64,000 nucleotides of DNA from contig JALHMI010000002.1 in NCBI GenBank assembly GCA_022844125.1, positions 193,236 to 257,235 on the forward strand, given 5' to 3'. The position numbers and the translations under genes are program-made. Every line of letters begins with the position of its first letter. Positions within the stretch are counted from its first letter, which is position 1. The DNA comes from Pirellulales bacterium. GTDB taxonomy: Bacteria; Planctomycetota; Planctomycetia; Pirellulales; PALSA-1355. This document shows, one piece after another, positions 48,642 through 58,575 of the stretch. The notes below the pieces were generated by a model, which did no database searches, was not told where the DNA came from, and worked only from the letters and a program-made list of their open reading frames with translations.

Positions 48642-51617
48642 ATGGACCCTGAACGGGAACGAATCCTGGCCGACCTGCGTGGCCTCGTCCGGGGCGACGT
48701 GCGCTGCGACGATGTGCTGCTGAATCTCTATTCGACGGATGCGAGCATCTACGAGATTCGCCCACTCTCGGTCGTGCGTCCGCGCACTTTGGCCGATGTC
48801 GTGGCCGTGGTCGAGTACGCTGCCGAAAATCATCTGCCGATTCACCCCCGCGGCGCCGGCACCGGCCTGGCCGGCGAATCGCTGGGCGCCGGCATCGTGC
48901 TGGACTTTTCCCGCTACATGCGCCGCGTGCTCGAAGTGGGGGACGACTTCGTCCGCGTTCAGCCGGGAATTGTCCACGCGCAGCTTAATGAAATCTTGCG
49001 GCCGCTGGGGAGACACTTTGGTCCGGACCCCGCCATGAGTAGCGTCACCACGATGGGCAGCGTCGTGGCGGTCGACTCAGGCGGCAGCCACTGGCTCAAA
49101 TACGGCTCGGCTCGGCGGCACGTGCGCAGCATGCAAGTCGTGCTGTCCGATGGCGACGTGCTCGAGGTCGGCCGCGAGTCGCTCTTTCCACCAGCCGAAG
49201 AGGCCGCGTCGGTCAAAACGGCCCTCGTCCGCGATGTAACCGAAGTCCTCCGGCGAAATGCCGATCTGATCGAAGTGGCTCGGCCGCGGAGTGCGGTCAA
49301 TCGTGCCGGCTATCATCTCGATGTCCTCTCGGACGACCAGCTCGACCTGCCTGGCTTGATCACCGGCTCCGAAGGCACGCTGGCCGTCATCAGCGAGATC
49401 ACGCTCGGCACCGAGCCCCTGCCCCGCCATCGCGGCGTCGCGCTGTTGTTCTTCGATCGCTTGGAGAACGCCGCTCGGGCGGTTTTGGAGATCCTTCCGC
49501 TCGGCGCAAGCGCTTGCGACCTGATGGATCGCCGGCACTTGAGCCTCGCGCGCGAGAGCACAGTGCAGTACGACCTGTTGATCCCGCCACAAACCGAGGC
49601 GGCACTGCTTGTCGAACAGGAAGGCGACACGCTGGTTGCCGTAAGCGACAGACTCGCGCAAGTGATCGATCGCGTGCGCCGCAAGAAACGGCTGGCGTTC
49701 CATGCCATCCAGGCCCAGGACCGCGTGGAGGTCGAACTGTTCTGGCGGCTGGCGCGCAAAGTGGTGCCCACGCTGTATCGGATGAAAGGCGCGACGCGCC
49801 CCCTGCCGTTCATTGAGGACATGGCCGTGCCGCCGGTGGAACTCGGAAACTTCCTGGTGCGGATGCAGAACGTGCTCAAACAGCACCAGGTGATCGCCTC
49901 GCTCTTCGGCCATGCCGGGCATGGTCAACTGCACCTCCGGCCGCTCTTGGACCTTTCGCAGCCGGAGGACGTCGCGCGGATGGAGCAACTCGCCTCGGAC
50001 CTGTACGACGAGGTGCTGGCCGTAGGCGGTACGATCAGCGGCGAGCATGCCGACGGTCTCAGCCGCACCGCGTTCTTGCGGCGGCAATACGGCCCACTGG
50101 TCGATGTCTTCCGCGAGATCAAGCAGGTATTCGATCCCAACTATATTCTCAATCCCGGCAAGATCGTGGGTGACGACACGCAGTTACTGACGCGCAACTT
50201 GCGTAATCTTACGGTTGCCGCGCCGCCAAACGGTCAGGCCGACCCGGCTACGCCAGAGGGTTCGCTGCCGAACCCGGCGGCACCTCAAACATGGCAACTA
50301 ACCTGGGGCGCTGAGGAGATCGCCCAGACCGCGCGCGACTGCAATGGGTGCGGCGCGTGCCGATCGCAATTGAACGACGTGCGGATGTGCCCGATCTTCC
50401 GCTTTGCCCCCTCGGAAGAGGCGTCGCCCCGGGCCAAGGCGAACCTGATGCGGAGCATCCTCACCGGCGAACTGCCGCTGACAACGCTCACGTCGGACGA
50501 TTTTAAGTCTGTGACCGACCTGTGTGTGAATTGCCACATGTGCCGCCTGGAATGCCCAGCCACGGTCGACATTCCCAAGTTGATGATGGAGGGCAAAGGC
50601 TCCTACGTGCAAATCAACGGCCTCTCGACCACCGACTGGTTCATGTCGCGCATCGACCGGCTGAGCGCGCTGGGCGGCCGCTTTCCACGAATCGCCAATT
50701 GGGCAATTCGTCACGGCTTTGCACGCTGGGTGATGGAAAAAGTGCTCGGCATCGCCCAGGGTCGCAAGCTGCCGCGGTTCGCGACGCGAAACTTCCTCCG
50801 CATCGCCACGCGCCGCAGGCTCACCCGGCCCACCCGCCGCGACGTATCCAAGGTGCTGTACTTCGTTGACACCTACGCCAATCATCACGACCCGCAACTC
50901 GGCGAAGCGCTGGTCAATGTGCTCGAACACAGTGCCGTGGCGGTCTACGTGCATCCGGGACAACAATCCTCCGGCATGCCGCTGATCTCGCTGGGTGCCC
51001 TCGGAGCGGCCAAGAAAATGGCAGCACACAATGTGGCACTGTTGGCCGAAGCCGTCCGGCAAGGCTATCACGTCGTGACCACCGAACCCTCCGCGGCGCT
51101 CGCCCTGACGCACGAATACCCACATTTGCTCGATGACGACGAATCGCGGCTTGTCGCGGCGAACACCAGCGAAGCCTGCACGTATCTCTGGCGACTGCAC
51201 CAAAGCGGTAAGTTGCAACTCGATCTGGAACCGATCAACGCGATTGTTGGTTATCATCTTCCTTGTCACATTCGCGCGTTGCAAGTCGGCGCGCCGGGCG
51301 AGAACCTGCTCCGCCTGGTGCCGGGTCTGATCGTCGAACGCACCGAGAATAGCTGCTCCGGCATGGCCGGCACATTCGGACTCAAGCGCGAACATTATCG
51401 CGCCAGCCTGCGCGCGGGCCGCGCGCTGATCGGCAGCCTCCGCAGCCCGCGTCTGCAGGCTGGGACGACCGAGTGCAGCGCGTGTAAGATTCAAATGGAA
51501 CAAGGTGCCGGCAAGCCGACGATTCATCCCGTCAAGTTGCTCGCGCTGGCCTATGGGCTGATGCCCGAGGTGAGCGAGCTGCTCAGCGCTCCGGTGGAAG
51601 AACTGGTGGTGACATGA
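48642..51617 (+). CDS. FAD-binding oxidase fused to a 2x[4Fe-4S]/CCG (GlcD+GlcF-like, YdiJ-type) oxidoreductase
   Basis: N-terminal PCMH FAD domain (PRGAGTGLAGESLG), the FAD-oxidase C-domain (GTISGEHADGLSR), ferredoxin motifs CNGCGACRSQ and CVNCHMCRLECP, and C-terminal Cys-rich CCG-like repeats (HLPCH..., CSGMAGTFG). Confidence 0.8.
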   Translation: MDPERERILADLRGLVRGDVRCDDVLLNLYSTDASIYEIRPLSVVRPRTLADVVAVVEYAAENHLPIHPRGAGTGLAGESLGAGIVLDFSRYMRRVLEVGDDFVRVQPGIVHAQLNEILRPLGRHFGPDPAMSSVTTMGSVVAVDSGGSHWLKYGSARRHVRSMQVVLSDGDVLEVGRESLFPPAEEAASVKTALVRDVTEVLRRNADLIEVARPRSAVNRAGYHLDVLSDDQLDLPGLITGSEGTLAVISEITLGTEPLPRHRGVALLFFDRLENAARAVLEILPLGASACDLMDRRHLSLARESTVQYDLLIPPQTEAALLVEQEGDTLVAVSDRLAQVIDRVRRKKRLAFHAIQAQDRVEVELFWRLARKVVPTLYRMKGATRPLPFIEDMAVPPVELGNFLVRMQNVLKQHQVIASLFGHAGHGQLHLRPLLDLSQPEDVARMEQLASDLYDEVLAVGGTISGEHADGLSRTAFLRRQYGPLVDVFREIKQVFDPNYILNPGKIVGDDTQLLTRNLRNLTVAAPPNGQADPATPEGSLPNPAAPQTWQLTWGAEEIAQTARDCNGCGACRSQLNDVRMCPIFRFAPSEEASPRAKANLMRSILTGELPLTTLTSDDFKSVTDLCVNCHMCRLECPATVDIPKLMMEGKGSYVQINGLSTTDWFMSRIDRLSALGGRFPRIANWAIRHGFARWVMEKVLGIAQGRKLPRFATRNFLRIATRRRLTRPTRRDVSKVLYFVDTYANHHDPQLGEALVNVLEHSAVAVYVHPGQQSSGMPLISLGALGAAKKMAAHNVALLAEAVRQGYHVVTTEPSAALALTHEYPHLLDDDESRLVAANTSEACTYLWRLHQSGKLQLDLEPINAIVGYHLPCHIRALQVGAPGENLLRLVPGLIVERTENSCSGMAGTFGLKREHYRASLRAGRALIGSLRSPRLQAGTTECSACKIQMEQGAGKPTIHPVKLLALAYGLMPEVSELLSAPVEELVVT

Positions 51618-51859
51618 AGCTGAACGTGAAGCTCTTCGCCGCGGCGCGCCAGTTGGCCGGCGCGGATCAACTGGCCGTCGATCTGCCGGAGGGCTCCACC
51701 GTCAGCGATCTGCGATATCGCCTGGCAATGGAACATCCCGACCTGGCGCCGCTGCTGCCGCACGTGCTGTTCGCCATCGGCTCGGAGTACGTGGGCGACA
51801 GTAAGCCGCTGGCGGACGCCATGGAACTGGCCTGCATTCCCCCGGTGAGCGGAGGCTAA
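51614..51859 (+). CDS. moaD: Molybdopterin synthase sulfur-carrier subunit
   Basis: 81 aa with a ubiquitin-like pattern, ending in ...IPPVSGG (C-terminal Gly-Gly). The ATG overlaps the stop of the upstream oxidase (ATGA). Confidence 0.85.
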   Translation: MKLNVKLFAAARQLAGADQLAVDLPEGSTVSDLRYRLAMEHPDLAPLLPHVLFAIGSEYVGDSKPLADAMELACIPPVSGG

Positions 51860-51862
51860 ACC

Positions 51863-52306
51863 ATGATCGAACTCGTCACTGGCCCCATCGATACCCAGAA
51901 TGTCCTGGCTCAAGTCTCCTCGCCCGAGGCCGGCGCGGTCGTGCTGTTTTTGGGCACGACGCGGCAGTTCACCTCTGGCCGCGAAACGGCCTCCCTCGAC
52001 TATGAGTGTTATCACGACATGGCCCTGGCCAAGCTCGCGGAACTCGAAGCTGAAGCCCGCACCAAATGGCCGATCGTCCATTGTGCCATCGTGCATCGGA
52101 CGGGGCACGTGGTCCTGGGCGAGGCGAGCGTGGCCGTGGCCGTCAGCACCGCCCACAGGGTTGCCGCTTTCGAGGCCGGGCAGTGGCTGATCGACACCCT
52201 AAAACAGGTCGTGCCGATTTGGAAGAAGGAGAACTGGTCGGACGGCACAAGTCAGTGGGTCCACCCCGGCCTGGAAGTGCCGCAGGAAGTCAGAAGCGAA
52301 CCGTGA
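51863..52306 (+). CDS. moaE: Molybdopterin synthase catalytic subunit
   Basis: GAVVLFLGTTR...LDYECYHDMA...IVHRTGHVVLGEASVAVAVSTAHRVAAFEA...PIWKKE. Confidence 0.85.
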   Translation: MIELVTGPIDTQNVLAQVSSPEAGAVVLFLGTTRQFTSGRETASLDYECYHDMALAKLAELEAEARTKWPIVHCAIVHRTGHVVLGEASVAVAVSTAHRVAAFEAGQWLIDTLKQVVPIWKKENWSDGTSQWVHPGLEVPQEVRSEP

Positions 52307-52363
52307 CCGCCGGTGCGGTACAATTCACTTAGTTGCCAAGCAGCAATCGATCGCCATTCGCTG

Positions 52364-53365
52364 ATGCCGACACTCACTCCACTCATCGACGCCTTCGGCC
52401 GCGTGCACACGAACCTCCGGGTGAGTGTGACGGATCGCTGCAACATCCGCTGCTTTTACTGCATGCCGGCGGAGAACGTGCAGTTCAAGCCGCGGCATGA
52501 GCTACTCACGTTCGAAGAGATTGAATGCGTGGTGCGCGTCGCCGCGCACCTGGGCGTCAACAAGCTCAGGCTCACCGGTGGCGAACCGCTGGTCAGGCAT
52601 GGTCTGCCCGTCTTGGTTCGCAAACTCGCAAGCATTCCCGGGATTGCGGACATTGCTCTTACGACAAACGGCGTTCTGCTGGCCGAGCAGGCCCAGCAAC
52701 TCAAAGACGCGGGGCTGCATCGACTCAACATCAGTCTCGACAGCCTCGATCCGGAGACGTTCTTTCGGATCTCGCGCCGCGAGGGACTCGATCGCGTGCT
52801 GGCTGGCATTGCCGCAGCCAAGCGCGTCGGCTTTGAGAAAATCAAGCTCAACGCCGTCGCGATCCGAGGACTCACCGAGCCCGACATCGTGCCGCTCAGC
52901 CGCTTCGCGCGCGAGCAAGGCCTGGAAATGCGGTTCATTGAGTTCATGCCGCTCGATGCCGAAGGGAACTGGGATAACGAACAGGTTCTTTCCGGCGAGC
53001 AGATTCGCGCGGTACTGGAAGCCGAGTTCGGACAGCTTGTGGCGGCCGAGCGTGACGATCCCAGCCAACCGGCCACCGACTATCACTTTGCGGACGGCGG
53101 CGGATCAATCGGATTCATCAATCCTGTCACCCAGCCGTTCTGTGCAAGTTGCAATCGTTTGCGGCTGACGGCCGAAGGCCAAATCCGCAACTGCTTGTTC
53201 TCGACCGAGGAATGGGACGCCCGCGAGATCTTGCGCGAAGGTGGTTCCGATGCGGAGCTTGCCGAGCTGTTTCGCGCGAGCGTCGGCGCCAAGCGTGCCG
53301 GTCACGGAATCAACAGCGATGAATTCCTGCGCCCCGAGCGCGCCATGTACCAGATCGGCGGCTAG
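52364..53365 (+). CDS. moaA: GTP 3',8-cyclase (radical SAM)
   Basis: LRVSVTDRCNIRCFYCMP (CxxxCxxC), LRLTGGEPL, and the C-terminal second cluster CASCNRLRLTAEG. Start set at ATG 52364. Confidence 0.9.
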   Translation: MPTLTPLIDAFGRVHTNLRVSVTDRCNIRCFYCMPAENVQFKPRHELLTFEEIECVVRVAAHLGVNKLRLTGGEPLVRHGLPVLVRKLASIPGIADIALTTNGVLLAEQAQQLKDAGLHRLNISLDSLDPETFFRISRREGLDRVLAGIAAAKRVGFEKIKLNAVAIRGLTEPDIVPLSRFAREQGLEMRFIEFMPLDAEGNWDNEQVLSGEQIRAVLEAEFGQLVAAERDDPSQPATDYHFADGGGSIGFINPVTQPFCASCNRLRLTAEGQIRNCLFSTEEWDAREILREGGSDAELAELFRASVGAKRAGHGINSDEFLRPERAMYQIGG

Positions 53366-53409
53366 GCCCTCGAACTTAGTCGCGCACCACCACACGTGCA
53401 GGGACTGCC

Positions 53410-54597
53410 ATGCCCGCCCAGAGCGAATCTGAGCCGCGAATCTATCTTGATAATGCCGCGACAAGCTGGCCCAAGCCGCCGGCCGTGTACGACGCTGTCG
53501 ACGACTACCAGCGTCGTCTGGGTTCACCTGCCGGGCGCAGCGGCTATGCCGAGGCGGCCGAAGTTTCGCGACGCATCGAAACCGTTCGTCGGCAGGTCGC
53601 GTCGTTCATTGGCCTGGCCGACGCCAGCCATCTGATCTTCACCTTCAACGGCACCGATTCGCTGAACCTCGTGCTGCACGGCCTGCTGAAGCCCGGCGAT
53701 CACGCCGTGACAACGGTCGTCGAGCACAATTCCGTGTTGCGACCACTGGCGAATTTAAAGACCGCTGGCGTCGAAACGACCTCCGTCGGCTGCTCGGCCG
53801 CAAGCATCATCGATCCCGACGACGTTCGTCGCGCCCTGCGGCCCAACACCAGGCTGGTTGCGATCATCCACGCCTCGAACGTGACCGGCGCAATTCAGCC
53901 GGTGGCGGACATTGCTCGCATTGCGCGCGAAGCGGGCGCTCTCTCGCTTTGCGACGCGGCTCAGTCGCTGGGACACCTGCCGCTTGCGCTCGACACGCTC
54001 GGCGTCGACTTCCTCGCCGCGCCGGGCCATAAGGGACTGCTTGGTCCACTCGGCACCGGCGTGCTGGCGATTCGTCCCGGCGCAGCCGATCGGCTGCGCA
54101 GCGTCCGCCAAGGCGGCACCGGTACCCAAAGTGAACGCGCCGAGCAGCCCGACGACCTGCCCGCAAAGTTCGAATCGGGCAACCACAACGTGCCAGGCAT
54201 CCTCGGCCTGGGCGCGGGCGTCGAATATCTCACCTCGCGCGGCATCGCCGACATCCAGCAGCATGGCGAGCGGCTTTGCCAACGCTTGCTCGACGGGTTG
54301 GCCGAGATTACCGGCGTCCGCATCATTGGGCCGCCGCTTGCTGCCGAACGTGTGCCCGTGGTGAGCATTGTGGTCGAGGGTTACGATCCGCAGGAGATCG
54401 CCCTCGGCCTCGACGCGGTTTATCGCATTCAAACGCGTCCGGGCCTGCATTGCGCGCCCAGAATCCACGACGCACTGGGTACGCAAGCACTCGGCGGGAC
54501 GGTAAGATTCAGCCTTGGCCCGTTAACGACGCAGGCCGAGATCGCCGCTACCATAAATGCGGTCGCCGAACTTGCTGGCTCGGAAGTCGTCGGCTAG
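53410..54597 (+). CDS. Class-V PLP enzyme, cysteine desulfurase family (SufS/CsdA-like)
   Basis: IYLDNAATSWPKP, the PLP-Lys context APGHKGLLGP, and the active-site Cys context RPGLHCAP. Confidence 0.75.
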   Translation: MPAQSESEPRIYLDNAATSWPKPPAVYDAVDDYQRRLGSPAGRSGYAEAAEVSRRIETVRRQVASFIGLADASHLIFTFNGTDSLNLVLHGLLKPGDHAVTTVVEHNSVLRPLANLKTAGVETTSVGCSAASIIDPDDVRRALRPNTRLVAIIHASNVTGAIQPVADIARIAREAGALSLCDAAQSLGHLPLALDTLGVDFLAAPGHKGLLGPLGTGVLAIRPGAADRLRSVRQGGTGTQSERAEQPDDLPAKFESGNHNVPGILGLGAGVEYLTSRGIADIQQHGERLCQRLLDGLAEITGVRIIGPPLAAERVPVVSIVVEGYDPQEIALGLDAVYRIQTRPGLHCAPRIHDALGTQALGGTVRFSLGPLTTQAEIAATINAVAELAGSEVVG

Positions 54598-54640
54598 CTG
54601 GGCCGCGACTTAGAGACAGAACTCCTTGCACGAGAATGCC

Positions 54641-55057
54641 ATGGACGACACACCCTGGTTTAAAGACGGACTCCAGTTCACTTGCAGTGCCTGCGGCGAT
54701 TGCTGCACGGGAGCCCCGGGTTACGTATGGGTCAATCGCGAAGAGATCGCCGACCTGGCTCGCGAGGTAAAGCTCAGCGCCGAAGAGTTTGAGAAGCGAT
54801 ACGTTCGCAAGGTGGGCATTCGTAAAAGTCTGATCGAGTACGGCAATGGTGACTGCGTGTTCTTTGATGCGAACACGCGCAAGTGCTCGGTTTATCACGC
54901 CCGCCCAAAGCAGTGTCGCACCTGGCCGTTCTGGAAATCGAACGTGGCGACGCCCGAAGACTGGCAGCGGACGTGCGAAGTCTGTCCTGGCAGCGGCCAG
55001 GGCAAGCTGCACTCCGTCGAGCACATCCTGCATCAGATCGCGGTCGTGAAGCTCTAA
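54641..55057 (+). CDS. YkgJ-family (UPF0153) cysteine-cluster protein
   Basis: FTCSACGDCCTGAPGYVWV (CxxCxxCC) plus the later CVFF...CSVY...RPKQCRTWPFW pattern. ATG 54641 chosen; the ORF-track start at 54626 is a TTG. Confidence 0.75.
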   Translation: MDDTPWFKDGLQFTCSACGDCCTGAPGYVWVNREEIADLAREVKLSAEEFEKRYVRKVGIRKSLIEYGNGDCVFFDANTRKCSVYHARPKQCRTWPFWKSNVATPEDWQRTCEVCPGSGQGKLHSVEHILHQIAVVKL

Positions 55058-55327
55058 GGGCCCACGTTCTCGCCAGCAGCATTGCTATCGCACTCGGGTT
55101 GTCGATGCCCAGGTGCGAATTTCCCGATTGTCTAAACTTTGCGGGTTGTAGGGTCGATCATTACGGCACACGGAGCAGATGCAGCGCTCAGCAGTGCGCA
55201 TCGAATCGCCGCAGCTCAAGACAAGTCACAACGACCTGAAGACCATGTGGCACAACGACTTACGAATGAAGTTCGCCGAGCTGGCTGGGAATTTCTTTCG
55301 TAAGCTATTGGGATTAAACAACTTGAA

Positions 55328-55365
55328 GTCCAATTACGGAGGTCTTGACGAAGGTGTAATTGGAC
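55328..55365. promoter_or_regulatory. Perfect 10 bp inverted repeat GTCCAATTAC-N18-GTAATTGGAC upstream of the IHF/HU-like gene promoter
   Basis: Read directly. It lies about 43 bp upstream of the predicted -35 element. Confidence 0.4.
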
Positions 55366-55407
55366 CTTTCAGGCTCGGCGAAGGCGGCCCCGCTAAATCG
55401 AATGAGC

Positions 55408-55436
55408 TTGACTGTAGTTCTTACGCCATTTACACT
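55408..55436 (+). promoter_or_regulatory. Sigma70-like promoter TTGACT-17 nt-TACACT for the IHF/HU-like gene
   Basis: -35 at 55408..55413 and -10 at 55431..55436, about 75 nt upstream of the GTG start. AAGGAGA ribosome-binding site at 55494..55500. Confidence 0.5.
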
Positions 55437-55509
55437 TGGAGCATGACAGCGCCGGTCGAAAGAGCACCTTTTCACCGCTTGCGCCACTTCTCTCAAGGAG
55501 AACTGCGTC

Positions 55510-55914
55510 GTGACCAAGAAAGAGATCGTCAAAACCATTTCCGACGAAATCGGACTGACTCAGCTCAAGACGAAAGAGATCGTCCAGAAGACTTTCGACG
55601 CAATCGTGGAGACGCTGGTTGAGGAACGACGCATCGAGCTTCGGAACTTCGGCGTGTTCGAAGTGAAGAAGCGAGCGGCCCGCAAGGCCCGTAACCCTCG
55701 AACAGGGGACAAGGTCTATGTGCCCGAGAAATTCGTCGTAACCTTCAAGCCCGGCAAGGAAATGGAGGAACGAGTCCGCGAGTTGGAACGACAAGCTGCC
55801 GAAGCTGCCGAACGTGCACGCGCGGCGGCGCTCGACGGAGACTCGCAAGACAGTCGGCCCGTTACCGAAACGCTTGGTAGCAGCGGGTATAACGCTCCCA
55901 GCGGTTCGCCCTAA
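55510..55914 (+). CDS. IHF/HU-family DNA-binding protein with a ~40 aa C-terminal extension
   Basis: [16 protein letters not shown]...[53 protein letters not shown], the canonical HU/IHF arm with RNPRTG. GTG start. The extra tail is [31 protein letters not shown]... Confidence 0.85.
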   Translation: MTKKEIVKTISDEIGLTQLKTKEIVQKTFDAIVETLVEERRIELRNFGVFEVKKRAARKARNPRTGDKVYVPEKFVVTFKPGKEMEERVRELERQAAEAAERARAAALDGDSQDSRPVTETLGSSGYNAPSGSP

Positions 55915-56181
55915 ACGAGCAGGCAGTAGACAGATAAGAGTGGCGTCGGCCGGCAAGAAAGCCTGCTGACAAGAGAGTTTAAGTTGCGACAGGGAGTCAG
56001 ACGCTTATCCCATCGGCTCTGACTTAAGGCCCGTTCGGGCACGTTTCGTTGAGACAACCGAGCGTTCGGCCATGCGACCACCATCGCCGGCCAAACGAGC
56101 GGAAGGCAACCAAGGATGCGTTCTGCACTGACCCGGAAGTGTCTTTCCGGCGGGTGCTGCCGTTCACGAAGGAGTCGTGTG

Positions 56182-56400
56182 ATGCGCAGGCTGCTCATGG
56201 CTGCGATCTTGTGTCTACCGCTCGGTGCCACCACGGGTTGCATCATCCCGATCTATTCGGGTGACCCCGCGACACGGACGCAAGAGCTGATCTTCACGTC
56301 CGAGAACCTGCGGTTATTCCTCGAGGAATGGCAGCGGATCTGGTTCCTCGACCAGCCGAGCCATTTGTCGCCCTATCGCACGCATGGCGGCATCATCTAG
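56182..56400 (+). CDS. Small lipoprotein (72 aa), no recognised family
   Basis: [20 protein letters not shown] has a lipobox. GAAGGAG lies 7 nt upstream of ATG 56182. Confidence 0.5.
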   Translation: MRRLLMAAILCLPLGATTGCIIPIYSGDPATRTQELIFTSENLRLFLEEWQRIWFLDQPSHLSPYRTHGGII

Positions 56401-56615
56401 CCACGGCGTCGTCTGCCACTCTGCGAATGGTATATTCTTTGGGCGAGCCGCTCCGCGCAAGTGCGAGCGGCTCGCCTTGTTGCGTTGACGCGTTGAGTTT
56501 CCGCGCCGCCCACAAGCGCGCGCCCCGTCCCGCGTTGCCGCCCTCCGAGCGCACCGGTACATTAGCCACTGGTGTCTACTACGCTCCCATTAGCCAGATT
56601 CTCGAGACTCCATCC

Positions 56616-57599
56616 GTGACTGCAGTTTCCGTCGACCTCTCGGTACCTCTCGGCCGCTTGCGGCTGGCGAACCCGATTCTGGTCGCCTCGGGCACGTTTG
56701 GCTACGCCCGCGAGATGGCGGGACTTGTCGATCTGGGCCGCCTTGGTGGCATCGTACCGAAGACGATCACGCCGCAACCGCGCGGCGGCAACGCTCCCTG
56801 GCGGACGGTTGAGACCACCGGCGGGATGCTCAATTCGATCGGTCTTGATAACGACGGCATCGAAGCTTTTATCGCCCATCACCTCCCTTATCTCGGTAGT
56901 TTGCCCGCGCCCACAATCGTCAGCATCGCGGGACATGACCTCAACGAATTCACCGAAATGGCTGCGCGGCTCGACGGACTTCCCGGCGTCGCGGCGATCG
57001 AGCTCAACGTATCTTGCCCCAACGTCTCTGGCGGCGTGGATTTCGGCGTCGATCCGGCGATGTGCCGAAAGGTTGTCGAAGGTGCTCGCCGCGCGACCAG
57101 CCTGCCGATCCTGGCCAAGCTGACGCCAAACGTGGCCGACATTGCCAGCGTCGCCCGGGCCGCGGCCGATGGCGGCGCCGATGCGATCTCGGCCGTGAAC
57201 ACCTGCCTGGGCATGGCCGTCAACTGGCGCAAGCGAAAACCCATCCTGGGCAATGGCGTGGGCGGACTTAGCGGCCCAGCGATCAAGCCAATCGCCCTGC
57301 GCTGTGTTTACCAGGTAGCGCAGGCGGTCTCGATTCCCGTGGTTGGAATCGGCGGAATCGCCACGATCGACGACGTCATGGAGTTTCTCGTGGCCGGCGC
57401 GAGCGCCGTGCAGATCGGCACCGCGAACTTTTATAACCCGACCGCCACGATCACGATCTTGGACGCCCTGCCCGCGGCCGTGGCCGAACTCGGAGCTGAG
57501 CGAATTATCGATATCGTGGGGTCGCTCAAGCGACCGTCACCGGCGAGCCCAATCGTGCCAATTTCGCCTGCGCCCCACACAACCTCGAAGACCCATTAA
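56616..57599 (+). CDS. pyrD: Dihydroorotate dehydrogenase, class 1 catalytic subunit
   Basis: [19 protein letters not shown]...[38 protein letters not shown]...ELNVSCPNV...GLSGPAIKP. The start is uncertain. I chose the in-frame GTG at 56616; the ORF-track start at 56328 would overlap the lipoprotein gene. Confidence 0.8.
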   Translation: MTAVSVDLSVPLGRLRLANPILVASGTFGYAREMAGLVDLGRLGGIVPKTITPQPRGGNAPWRTVETTGGMLNSIGLDNDGIEAFIAHHLPYLGSLPAPTIVSIAGHDLNEFTEMAARLDGLPGVAAIELNVSCPNVSGGVDFGVDPAMCRKVVEGARRATSLPILAKLTPNVADIASVARAAADGGADAISAVNTCLGMAVNWRKRKPILGNGVGGLSGPAIKPIALRCVYQVAQAVSIPVVGIGGIATIDDVMEFLVAGASAVQIGTANFYNPTATITILDALPAAVAELGAERIIDIVGSLKRPSPASPIVPISPAPHTTSKTH

Positions 57600-57612
57600 C
57601 TGACAGCAATTC

Positions 57613-58575
57613 ATGCGTGTACTTTCCGGCATCCAGCCCACCGGCCGCCCGCACTGGGGAAACTACTTTGGCGCGATTCGCCAGTACATCGACCTGCAGG
57701 ACGAAGACGAGTCGTACTACTTCGTCGCCAACCTGCACGCGCTCACGACCGTGCGGGACGCCAGGCTGCTGGCAGGCTACACGCTCGACGCGGCAATCGA
57801 CCTGGTCGCCCTGGGTCTCGATCCGAATCGCGCGACGCTGTTCGTCCAGTCGGATGTTCCGGAAGTCTCGGAGCTTTGCTGGCTGCTGCTCACCGGCACG
57901 CCGATGGGGCTACTCGAGCGCTGTCACGCGTACAAAGACAAGAAGGCCAAGGGGTTGAACGCCGACGCGGGCCTCTTCACGTATCCCGTGCTGATGGCCG
58001 CCGATATCCTGGCTTATGACGCCGACATTGTGCCGGTGGGGGACGATCAGATCCAGCACATTGAAGTCGCGCGCGACTTGGCGCAAAGCTTCAACCATCA
58101 TTTCGGCCAGACCTTCACGCTCCCCAAGGCGAAGATTCTCGACAGCTCGGCCAAGGTGCCCGGCACCGACGGTGAGAAGATGTCCAAGAGCTACAACAAT
58201 ACGCTCGAAATCTTCGAAGATTCCAAAGCACAGCGCAAGAAGATCATGCGGATCATGACCGATTCGCGCCCGATGGAAGAGCCCAAGGAGCCGACCGGCG
58301 ATCACCTCTTCCAGCTTTACTCGCTGGTCGCCACGCCCGACGAGATCGCCAGCATGGCGGCGCTCTACCAGCGCGGCGGTTTCGGGTATGGCGAAGTGAA
58401 GAAGGCCCTGGCTGATGCGGCGGAGCGATACTTCGGACTGGCGCGGGAGCGCCGCGCGGAGTTGGCCTCACAGCCCGACAAAGTGCGCGAGATTCTGGCC
58501 GACGGAGCGTCTCGAGCCAGGAAGAAGGCAGGCCAGGTGCTGGCTCGCGCGAAACAGGCCTGCGGATTAACCTGA
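57613..58575 (+). CDS. trpS: Tryptophan--tRNA ligase
   Basis: [22 protein letters not shown] (HIGH-type region) and [10 protein letters not shown] (KMSKS), at a typical 320 aa length. Confidence 0.9.
   Translation: MRVLSGIQPTGRPHWGNYFGAIRQYIDLQDEDESYYFVANLHALTTVRDARLLAGYTLDAAIDLVALGLDPNRATLFVQSDVPEVSELCWLLLTGTPMGLLERCHAYKDKKAKGLNADAGLFTYPVLMAADILAYDADIVPVGDDQIQHIEVARDLAQSFNHHFGQTFTLPKAKILDSSAKVPGTDGEKMSKSYNNTLEIFEDSKAQRKKIMRIMTDSRPMEEPKEPTGDHLFQLYSLVATPDEIASMAALYQRGGFGYGEVKKALADAAERYFGLARERRAELASQPDKVREILADGASRARKKAGQVLARAKQACGLT

Noticed and set aside
1476-51527. Many long ORFs lie antisense to, or out of frame with, the called genes. Examples: 1476..2447 +, 3218..4651 +, 15411..17117 +, 33313..34227 +, 35938..37329 -, 43270..44559 +, 45842..47386 +, 49077..50087 -, 50298..51527 -.
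   Set aside because: - Each lies entirely within a gene on the other strand or frame that has clear family motifs.
- Their translations are Arg/Ala/Gly/Pro-rich with no recognisable motifs.
- This is the expected artefact of stop-poor alternative frames in high-GC DNA.
55179-55622. 147 aa ORF spanning the IHF/HU upstream region and overlapping the IHF start.
   Set aside because: It runs through the predicted promoter and ribosome-binding site and overlaps the well-supported IHF/HU gene out of frame. It has no family motifs.
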